Source: Prochlorococcus sp. AG-402-I21
GTDB taxonomy: Bacteria > Cyanobacteriota > Cyanobacteriia > PCC-6307 > Cyanobiaceae
Assembly (NCBI GenBank): GCA_003216955.1
Contig: QCHZ01000006.1
Location: 26,707 to 50,706, forward strand
Direction: 5' to 3'
DNA: 24,000 nt
A model generated the notes under the pieces. That model searched no databases and had not been told where the DNA came from. It worked only from the letters and a program-made list of their open reading frames with translations. How positions within the stretch are numbered: position 1 is the stretch's first letter; every line of letters starts with the position of its first letter. Shown here one piece after another: positions 17,834 through 24,000 of this stretch. Made by a program: the position numbers and the translations under genes.

Positions 17834-18289
17834 ATGCCTTTAAAGTTAGGTGATCAAATACCTGATTTCTCACTTTCAGATCAGCTAGGAGTTTCTAGGA
17901 CGAATAAGCAAGCTAAAGGTAGGCCACTAGTCTTATTTTTTTATCCAAAAGATGATACCCCAGGCTGTACAGCTGAAAATTGCGGCTTTAGAGATAAATA
18001 CGATCTTTTTAAATTATTTGGTGCTGAAGTCTGGGGTGTGAGTGGAGATGATGAAGCGAGCCACAGATCTTTTGCTGACAAAAATAAACTTCCATTTCCA
18101 CTGCTATGTGATACGGATAATTCTTTGAGAAGAGCTTTTGGTGTTCCTAAAGTTCTTGGTTTACTCGATGGCCGTGTGACTTATATTGTCGATTCAAAAG
18201 GTATCATTAGGCATATTTTCAATGACCTCTTAAATGGTCCTGCTCATGTAAATGAAGCACTAAGAGTATTGGGTGAAATAAGAAATTAA
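17834..18289 (+). CDS. bcp: Peroxiredoxin, BCP/PrxQ type
   Basis: 151-aa ORF. The motif FFYPKDDTPGCTAENC has the peroxidatic Cys and a resolving Cys five residues later (CxxxxC), typical of the BCP subfamily. Confidence 0.9.
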   Translation: MPLKLGDQIPDFSLSDQLGVSRTNKQAKGRPLVLFFYPKDDTPGCTAENCGFRDKYDLFKLFGAEVWGVSGDDEASHRSFADKNKLPFPLLCDTDNSLRRAFGVPKVLGLLDGRVTYIVDSKGIIRHIFNDLLNGPAHVNEALRVLGEIRN

Positions 18290-18325
18290 TTTTTTTGTTT
18301 TATAAAACAGTTAAATAAGAAATAC

Positions 18326-18601
18326 TCAAGATACTAATTGTCTACCAATTTCTTTTGCTTGGAGTTTTTCTACAACTGTTTCAGAAGAAATTTTTGCAAC
18401 ATCATTTAAACCGTTTGCATCAAACCAAGGGGCTGTAGCCCAATCGAATCCTTTCCCGAAAGTATTGTCTGGAGAAACTATATACCAATGGCATGCAGTG
18501 TCGGGTACATCCACAGCACATCTTGACCAATTATCACTCCACTGAGGTACTTGAACCCAAAGTAAAGTCGAGAAAAACAGAGAAAATAAAGAATTGAACA
18601 T
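18326..18601 (-). CDS. Small secreted Trp-rich hypothetical protein
   Basis: 91-aa ORF with an N-terminal signal-like segment (MFNSLFSLFFSTLLWVQV). The mature part has two Cys and many W/D residues. Confidence 0.5.
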   Translation of the reverse strand: MFNSLFSLFFSTLLWVQVPQWSDNWSRCAVDVPDTACHWYIVSPDNTFGKGFDWATAPWFDANGLNDVAKISSETVVEKLQAKEIGRQLVS

Positions 18602-19083
18602 TTCTTTAGATTTACTTTATCTTAGTGCTTTTTGTCCTTGAATGAGGATTTGAAAATTACTTCTCTGCAAGATAATCAAAAACTAATTATAAGTTAATTT
18701 AATTAATCTTTCTGTCATTTCTTAAGTACCTCAGGCATAAAATTTCTTGGCTCTTTTCATTATCTACAGTATTTACAATCCATTATTTAAATTCTTGATA
18801 AAGAACGGATCTATCTGTTTTATCTATTTCAGTCATCCTAATTAACGTACAGCTAAGTGTGACTGAAATTATTTCTTCAATAGAAGGCTTATTTTTCAAT
18901 TTTTGTTTTGGATGTAACTTAAATAATTTAATTAAAAATTCTATCTAACGAGTCTTTTTGGCCATAATTTTATATTCAATTTATCAATTCAATATAATTA
19001 TCGATAAATCTAAGGTATTTTCATAAATATTATTTTAAACTGGCTTTTGTTCGTTTATGATAGTTTTCTAAATCTATTTTTCA

Positions 19084-19272
19084 ATGGAAAGAGAAAGTAA
19101 AAATAAATCTTTTCGTATTTGGATTGAGGATATTTGGGAAGAAATAGAGGTTCAAATTTATGGAATAATAGGTTCAATACTCTTCTTCGGTGTAATTTAT
19201 TTTATTTTTCAACCTCTTTGGATGACTACAGTATTTGACCTTTTTTCGAAAATTAAATTACCTGTAGGATAA
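19084..19272 (+). CDS. Small single-TM hypothetical protein
   Basis: 62-aa ORF with an acidic N-terminus followed by the helix IIGSILFFGVIYFIF. Confidence 0.35.
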   Translation: MERESKNKSFRIWIEDIWEEIEVQIYGIIGSILFFGVIYFIFQPLWMTTVFDLFSKIKLPVG

Positions 19273-19322
19273 ATGCACAAGTACTAGAGAATTTATTTCC
19301 AATTAATTTCTATATTGAATTA

Positions 19323-19679
19323 TTAGTTCTCTAAACTTTTCTCTTTAGCGACTAATTCTATAAATTTCCATACAAGTGCATGTTTATAATCGTCCTTATT
19401 AGGACAAGCCGATACTACTTCTTGCCATGAGAAATTATCTTGATCTTTATTGTCTTTTAATGGTGATCCAAAATCTCTTGCAAGATTAGAAAGGAAAGAG
19501 TATCCGAGTCTTTCTGAAGTGTATTGGATGATCTCATCTGAGTAACTCATATAGAGCAAGAGAGTATCAGCTTGATAGTTATGTCTTGTGCATGCACCAT
19601 CAGAGCAACCACTACTCGCAATCTCTAAGCATGCTTTATGGTCGTAGGTTTCCTTGATTAACTCAACTAATGCTCCCAT
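19323..19679 (-). CDS. Hypothetical soluble protein with Cys cluster
   Basis: 118-aa ORF containing CLEIASSGCSDGACTRHNY plus a later Cys. No family recognised. Confidence 0.5.
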   Translation of the reverse strand: MGALVELIKETYDHKACLEIASSGCSDGACTRHNYQADTLLLYMSYSDEIIQYTSERLGYSFLSNLARDFGSPLKDNKDQDNFSWQEVVSACPNKDDYKHALVWKFIELVAKEKSLEN

Positions 19680-19964
19680 TTGATTCCTCCAGCACCTCTT
19701 TGTTATAGCTAATAAAAATTTTAATTACGTCTTCAACCAGATAAATAAATAGAATTTGGAAAATAACTAAATATTAATTTTCGTTGGATCGCGATTAGTT
19801 GAATTTACTGGTTCTTTTTTGGCTTTAAAAATTCTTAAATGAAATTAAAAAAATTGAAAATGCTTATCTTGTTTTTAGCAATTAAAGAAAACTCTTTTTA
19901 AAAATAATAAAAGGTAGGTTAGTGATTGAAATTTCTTTATAAATTTTAAAAAATAATAAATATT

Positions 19965-20390
19965 TTAGTCAACAAATCTTGAGTATAACCATCTAACAAA
20001 CACTCCTATTATTGGAATATTACCAAATGTTCCTGAACAAAAATCAAAATAATCTCTATGTTCTTTAACCTTTCCTTCTTCATCAAATATTAAGCGTGTT
20101 GCTCCATCGTATATAAATTCGATACCTTTTATTTTTAAACCCATTGTCCATTCAATAAAAGCAATATTCTTATTGATGGCAATTGAATGTGATTCTAAAT
20201 AAATATCATCACATCTTTTGATTAATCCATCTTGAGCTTTGATATAGGCATCAATTCCATTTTTTTCCTGAGTAGGATCGATGAATTTAACTTGTTGATT
20301 GTACAAAGATTCCCATTCTTTCCTTGATGGAGCTTTCTCTCCATAGGACAAATTAAAGAATTTTTTTAATTCTTTCTCTGTGATGAGCAT
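19965..20390 (-). CDS. NTF2/SnoaL-like fold protein
   Basis: 141-aa ORF. Size and pattern (YNQQVKFIDP...AFIEWTMGLKIKG...IYDGATRLIFDEEGKVKEHRDYFD) resemble SnoaL-like polyketide-cyclase/NTF2 family proteins. The call is from memory, not aligned. Confidence 0.5.
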   Translation of the reverse strand: MLITEKELKKFFNLSYGEKAPSRKEWESLYNQQVKFIDPTQEKNGIDAYIKAQDGLIKRCDDIYLESHSIAINKNIAFIEWTMGLKIKGIEFIYDGATRLIFDEEGKVKEHRDYFDFCSGTFGNIPIIGVFVRWLYSRFVD

Positions 20391-20505
20391 TTAACTTAAC
20401 GTTAATAAATACAATTTAGATTATTTAAATAGACATCGTGTTGAAGCTATGTCATCAAGATAACTCAGAAATAGCTTAGATTTGGTATCTATTCATTTAA
20501 CTCAT

Positions 20506-20919
20506 ATGAACAGGAAGAACATACTTATTTCTATTGCTGTCCTTGGAATAGGAATAATTCTCTATAAATTGCTTTTAGGACTTGTCCTCCCAATAGCTTT
20601 GTTTGTCTCTCTTGGATATGTTTTGAAGTTTTTACTTAAGAATTCTGAGTCTGATTCAGTTGATGAAGTTTCTCAGATTTTTACTAATAATGAGACCTCT
20701 GAGTCAAGTGACAACATAGTTGAAATCAAAGCCATTGAAGAGGATCAGCCTGTTGAAAAGGATCAGCCTGTTGAAGAGGATCAGCCTGTTGAAGAGGATC
20801 AGCCTGTTGAAGAAGAAAAGCCTGTTGAAGAAGAAAAGCCTGTTGAAGAGGATCAGCCTGTTGAAGAAGAAAAGCCTGTTGAAGAAGAAAGGCCTGTTAA
20901 AGAGGATCAGCCTTGGTAA
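20506..20919 (+). CDS. Membrane-anchored protein with acidic P-V hexapeptide repeat tail
   Basis: Start moved to the ATG at 20506 (MNRKNILISIAVLGIGIILYKLLLGLVLPIALFVSLGYVL), giving two TM helices. The C-terminal 60 aa are ten (E/K)E(D/E)(Q/K/R)P(V/W) units that run directly into the stop codon. Confidence 0.6.
   Translation: MNRKNILISIAVLGIGIILYKLLLGLVLPIALFVSLGYVLKFLLKNSESDSVDEVSQIFTNNETSESSDNIVEIKAIEEDQPVEKDQPVEEDQPVEEDQPVEEEKPVEEEKPVEEDQPVEEEKPVEEERPVKEDQPW
20737..20916 (+). repeat. 10 x 18-bp in-frame tandem repeat
   Basis: Units are phased exactly every 18 bp. There are two main variants, gaagaggatcagcctgtt (EEDQPV) and gaagaagaaaagcctgtt (EEEKPV), in the order D,D*,D,D,K,K,D,K,K*,D* (* = point variants). 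Confidence 0.95.
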
Positions 20920-20963
20920 GCCTCTAGTATTGTATTGCTTTAATTATTTCTCAAGTTTCTTTA

Positions 20964-21191
20964 ATGGATACAAAAATGGATACAAATGTAAAAAAAAGTT
21001 TTTGGGATTCAAAGCCTTATTGGTGTCAACCTTGGTCAATTCTTAGCTTTGGAGTTTTAGTTATAATTTTCAGTTTTACACTTTTAAATAACATTATAAT
21101 AACCTCTATTGTAGGTTTTTTTATTCTTGTTTGGTGGATAATATTTTTAATACTTGCTCCGAATTCGTATCAAGTAAATAATGATAAATGA
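20964..21191 (+). CDS. Small two-TM protein (KPYWCQPWS motif)
   Basis: 75-aa ORF. Its 5' end contains a 12-bp tandem duplication (atggatacaaaa/atggatacaaat) that provides two in-frame ATGs, at 20964 and 20976. Confidence 0.55.
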   Translation: MDTKMDTNVKKSFWDSKPYWCQPWSILSFGVLVIIFSFTLLNNIIITSIVGFFILVWWIIFLILAPNSYQVNNDK

Positions 21192-21287
21192 TAACCATTA
21201 TTTATTAATTTGTTTTTTGAAAGAGCCTTAACAATAAATTATCTAGTAAGATCAAAAAACAAAAAAAGGAAATTTTAAGTTCAGTCT

Positions 21288-21555
21288 TTATTTTTCCTGA
21301 TCACTATTTATTTTTGAAGGAAAGCCTAAGTAAGCACCTGAAAATCGCTTCCGATTGGTCCAGTAAAATTCAACTAACTCTCTTGTGGAAATTGTTATGA
21401 GTGCTTCTCTTCCAATTTCTAGTCCGCCTGAAAGCTTTAGGCTCTTTGTCGATTCCCAGCTTGAAGTGCTTGAAGATTCCATTAGTTACTCCAGTTGATT
21501 GGTTGATTAAATACGAGAAGATCCCCCTACCTCTGTTGAATGCTTCATTAATCAT
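21288..21555 (-). pseudogene. Possible frameshifted gene remnant
   Basis: Two overlapping minus-strand ORFs in adjacent frames (21370-21555 and 21288-21482) could be joined by a single frameshift near 21480. A plus-strand pair shows the same kind of break. The local composition is less AT-rich than the flanks. Confidence 0.25.
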
Positions 21556-21908
21556 GCTCAGTAAATTAAATGATTTTGTAAGAGTGGGTGAAAGAAAATC
21601 GAGATTCTTCGATACGATCGAAACGCATATTCATAGTACATTAGTACTAAATAATGTCAATTTTCTATTCTTGATTGCTTAAAGTGAACTTGCTTATTTG
21701 ATTCGATTATAATTATTATTTTATTGCAACTTACTGAAAATAATATGTGAGAATAAATAAAATTTAGAGTATTTTTGATTATTATTACATATATAGACTA
21801 TATAATAATAATATTTTTTAAATTAATTATGATATGAATTATATTTTATAAATTTTTAATTAAGAGATATATTTTTTTCCAATTTTTAATTGGAATGAAA
21901 TATAAATT

Positions 21909-22103
21909 CTAGATAAATGTAAACTTATCTATTACTAGAATCTCTTGCTCTGAGAAATCACTAGCAGATATGCAATTTATCCATTCTTTATACTCTTGAG
22001 CAATTGCTAATTGATCCCTTGGACTGACCTCTACTGTTCTTTTTAGAATATGAGATAAACCTTTGACTAATAAATCTTCTATACTTTTCGGATTTTCTTG
22101 CAT
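21909..22103 (-). CDS. Cassette gene F: 64-aa acidic hypothetical protein
   Basis: This is the last ORF of the minus-strand cassette, 105 nt downstream of gene E. No motif recognised. Confidence 0.45.
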   Translation of the reverse strand: MQENPKSIEDLLVKGLSHILKRTVEVSPRDQLAIAQEYKEWINCISASDFSEQEILVIDKFTFI

Positions 22104-22208
22104 TTACTTGTGGCATGTATACTATAATAGCTTTTATTAATTGGTTTGTAAAGAGATAAAAGGCTTTGCAAGAACTATTTAGGTGCGATATTTTTATATT
22201 AAAATATA

Positions 22209-22550
22209 CTATGCTGCATTAGTATTTTTTTTCTTATCTATTGATGGTATAAATCCAAATTCTTCTATTTCTTCAACTAATGTAAGCTTGATATCTTCTT
22301 TAGTAGATTTTATATTAATAGTATTGGAATTTATTTTTTTATCATTTTTATTTGAATCTTTGGATTCATTTTTTATAACTATATTTCTATTTATAGATTT
22401 TTTGAGATTATTAATCATATTAATATTTATCAAATACAATGAAAATGCAATCCCAATCAGAACTAGAAAAATATTATGAACAAAAAAATATGAGAAAATG
22501 AATGTCGGAGATAAATACTCTATCACCTGATTTATTTTAATTTCTTTCAT
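22209..22550 (-). CDS. Cassette gene E: single-TM protein with K/N-rich tail
   Basis: 113-aa ORF with a hydrophobic helix (FIFSYFFVHNIFLVLIGIAFSLYLI). It starts 2 nt after the stop of gene D. The antisense ORF 22183-22479 is rejected in its favour. Confidence 0.55.
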   Translation of the reverse strand: MKEIKINQVIEYLSPTFIFSYFFVHNIFLVLIGIAFSLYLININMINNLKKSINRNIVIKNESKDSNKNDKKINSNTINIKSTKEDIKLTLVEEIEEFGFIPSIDKKKNTNAA

Positions 22551-22552
22551 AA

Positions 22553-22873
22553 TTAGGCGACATCCTGTTGAGTACTCTTATTTTGCCTTTCTATTAAGGT
22601 CAGATCATAGGAAGATTGTATTTGATTATTATAATCTAAATCATCAATGAATCTTGATATAGATGTTTTATTTTGAATCCATTTACGTCGTATAATTTTA
22701 GGTAAATGAGGTAGTTCGGCTTCTTTCTTATTAATAGACTTCATGTATCGTTTCCTTTGTCCACTATCTATTGTTGATACATCTCTCTCATTGGATTGAT
22801 AGAGATGTTTTTGGCTGTCTCTTGACGCTGTAATCGCCATTAGCTCTGAAAGACTTCTGATAAATGGAATCAT
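22553..22873 (-). CDS. Cassette gene D: 106-aa basic hypothetical protein
   Basis: Its ATG overlaps the TGA of the upstream 53-aa ORF (ATGA at 22870-22873), which implies translational coupling. Confidence 0.55.
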   Translation of the reverse strand: MIPFIRSLSELMAITASRDSQKHLYQSNERDVSTIDSGQRKRYMKSINKKEAELPHLPKIIRRKWIQNKTSISRFIDDLDYNNQIQSSYDLTLIERQNKSTQQDVA

Positions 22874-23031
22874 GCTGCATACCTCTCTTTATCCCTTTTA
22901 TTTTTATTATTTTTTTGACTTTTATCTTTTCTGTAGGCATTTATATAGTGAACGTCATAAGAACCTAATCCCTCTTCCTTGGGATTGTATAAATGTATGA
23001 ATCCATTCCTAGAATTTGAATTCTTATTCAT
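22870..23031 (-). CDS. Cassette gene C: unannotated 53-aa highly basic ORF
   Basis: Codon-by-codon hand translation gives MNKNSNSRNGFIHLYNPKEEGLGSYDVHYINAYRKDKSQKNNKNKRDKERYAA*. It starts 4 nt after the stop of gene B and ends in an ATGA overlap with gene D. Confidence 0.5.
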   Translation of the reverse strand: MNKNSNSRNGFIHLYNPKEEGLGSYDVHYINAYRKDKSQKNNKNKRDKERYAA

Positions 23032-23035
23032 AATA

Positions 23036-23266
23036 TTAAGCTAATCTACTTTGAAATGTTTTTTCGTTCAAAGTCTCTATGTCGTAAAGAACTTTGGGCT
23101 TGTATTTATCTAGTAATGCCTTCGTGATTCCTTTCTCTAAGTTGTGGATCTCCTCATTTTTTGATCTAATTTGTTTAGAGATTCTAGAGCTGAATTTGAT
23201 GCTTTTCATTTTTAATAATAGTAGAAGGGAAATGCTTTTATGATAATTGTTAGACAAGTGACTCAA
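23036..23266 (-). CDS. Cassette gene B: small basic protein
   Basis: The track ORF starts at a TTG that overlaps gene A by 17 nt. A more likely start is the ATG at 23209 (MKSIKFSSRISKQIRSKNEEIHNLEKGITKALLDKY...), giving 57 aa. It may be a small DNA-binding protein, but this is not established. Confidence 0.5.
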   Translation of the reverse strand: MSHLSNNYHKSISLLLLLKMKSIKFSSRISKQIRSKNEEIHNLEKGITKALLDKYKPKVLYDIETLNEKTFQSRLA

Positions 23267-23921
23267 TTTTTTCTCTGTTTGACAGTAATTTACTTAGTTT
23301 TTTATTTTCATCTTGAAGATTATTGATGACTTTTTTGTAAGTCTCGATTTTTTCTTTGAGCAATTTTATCTTTTCGCTTTCATTCTTTTGAGAGGCTTTA
23401 TTAGCTTTTTTTCTGTTCCCTTTTACTAGGATTCTCACAGTCGCTTCTGTCACTCTTTCGCCGTTCCCAACGGCTTCGAATACCTTTTGCCGCTCCTTAT
23501 CAGTCACTCCTTTGCTTCCCATTAATGCTAACGATCTGGGTGTTAATGATGCAAGCAGGTTGTCGTCTATGTCAGAGCCACCTAGCCAGTTTGTGTATGC
23601 GCTTACAAGGTCAATAGCAAATCTTTCTGAGCAGTTAATCGCTCCAGACTTTAAGAAGGCTCTCCAGTTCCCTGGCTTGATGTTGCTTTTTATGTCTGAG
23701 AGGTTTGCTGCCACGGCCCTTAGCGATTGCCCAACACAGCTAAGCTCGTCGTTGATTTCAACGACAGATTCTTTTACATATTCCACCTGTGCGGGCACTA
23801 GACCCTTGGTGACTTCGCTATTGAGCGGGATATTAGCTAAGTCAACCACCTCTGTAGGCGATAATTCCATTGGTTTAGCTGAATACTTTTCTAATATACG
23901 TCTTGTGACGAATCGGAACAA
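23250..23921 (-). CDS. Cassette gene A: DUF3102-like protein with C-terminal coiled coil
   Basis: 223-aa ORF starting at TTG 23921, or 206 aa from the ATG at 23870. The central segment GNWRAFLKSGAINCSERFAIDLVSAYTNW resembles, from memory, the G-W..WL....S.RTA..YM core of the phage/plasmid DUF3102 family. The K/E-rich C-terminus has heptad character. The gene is distinctly less AT-rich than the downstream cassette genes. Confidence 0.6.
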   Translation of the reverse strand: MFRFVTRRILEKYSAKPMELSPTEVVDLANIPLNSEVTKGLVPAQVEYVKESVVEINDELSCVGQSLRAVAANLSDIKSNIKPGNWRAFLKSGAINCSERFAIDLVSAYTNWLGGSDIDDNLLASLTPRSLALMGSKGVTDKERQKVFEAVGNGERVTEATVRILVKGNRKKANKASQKNESEKIKLLKEKIETYKKVINNLQDENKKLSKLLSNREKIESLV

Positions 23922-24000
23922 TGGGTACTTATGTACTATCTTTTAGCTTTTTATTCTATAGCGTCAGAGTGCATTGTAATTTGTAGATTTAGTTTAATTT

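Noticed and set aside
20737-20916. Possible CRISPR array, suggested by the regular repeats
   Set aside because: The units are directly abutting 18-bp repeats with no spacers, they are in frame within a CDS, and no cas genes are nearby.
20720-21046. 108-aa ORF encoding KRISLL/KKKSLL repeats
   Set aside because: It is the alternative reading frame of the 18-bp tandem repeat. It overlaps both the repeat protein and the next gene, so it is an artefact of the repeat periodicity.
21401-21682. 93-aa plus-strand ORF as a genuine gene
   Set aside because: It overlaps two minus-strand ORFs in a patch where every frame is broken, and it has no motif. The whole patch is treated as a possible remnant or ncRNA, not as a CDS.
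21879-21893. ccaatt-ttt-aattgg hairpin as the terminator of cassette gene F
   Set aside because: The stem is only 6 bp and all A/T-rich. In the minus-strand orientation it is followed by an A-run, not a U-run, so it does not fit an intrinsic terminator.
22183-22479. 98-aa plus-strand ORF antisense to cassette gene E
   Set aside because: The minus-strand ORF is preferred. It is co-oriented with the cassette and starts 2 nt after the upstream stop, whereas the plus ORF is an isolated F/I/L-rich mirror frame.
1-24000. Search for tRNA/tmRNA genes or partial tRNA att repeats that would mark island or integrative-element borders
   Set aside because: Scanning the intergenic regions by eye for T-arm-like GGTTCGA(A/T)TCC motifs and their complements, and for GC-rich segments of about 72 nt, found none. 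The only gttcgaacc lies inside serS. A tRNAscan-type run is still advisable.

Overview
The window looks like a very AT-rich, streamlined marine picocyanobacterial chromosome. It is most consistent with a high-light-clade Prochlorococcus, but this is inferred from composition and gene content, with no database search. It has two parts.

(1) Positions ~1-13,450 are a densely packed housekeeping block. It carries serS, a Ycf46-like AAA+ ATPase, the rpmH-rnpA-PH-domain-yidC cluster, aroH-sppA, a DMT transporter, two glycosyltransferases (GT4 and ArnT/PMT-like GT-C), flavodoxin isiB with a clean terminator, and two conserved membrane proteins.

(2) Positions ~13,450-24,000 look like hypervariable island (accessory) DNA. 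They hold many short orphan or membrane ORFs on alternating strands and unusually long non-coding gaps. Recognisable genes there are a SemiSWEET-type PQ-loop transporter, a 779-aa TPR + SAM-methyltransferase fusion in extremely AT-rich DNA, a BCP/PrxQ peroxiredoxin, an NTF2/SnoaL-like protein, and a membrane protein whose tail is ten perfect-phase 18-bp tandem repeats. There is also a patch of broken ORFs.

At the right edge is a compact six-gene minus-strand cassette (21,909-23,921). Its genes overlap or are translationally coupled, none has a housekeeping assignment, and its first gene resembles the phage/plasmid DUF3102 family. This cassette is the best candidate for an undescribed mobile or accessory system, but the window end truncates it.

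I found no tRNA, rRNA, CRISPR array, transposase or integrase. All functional calls rest on motifs read by eye and are not alignment-verified.
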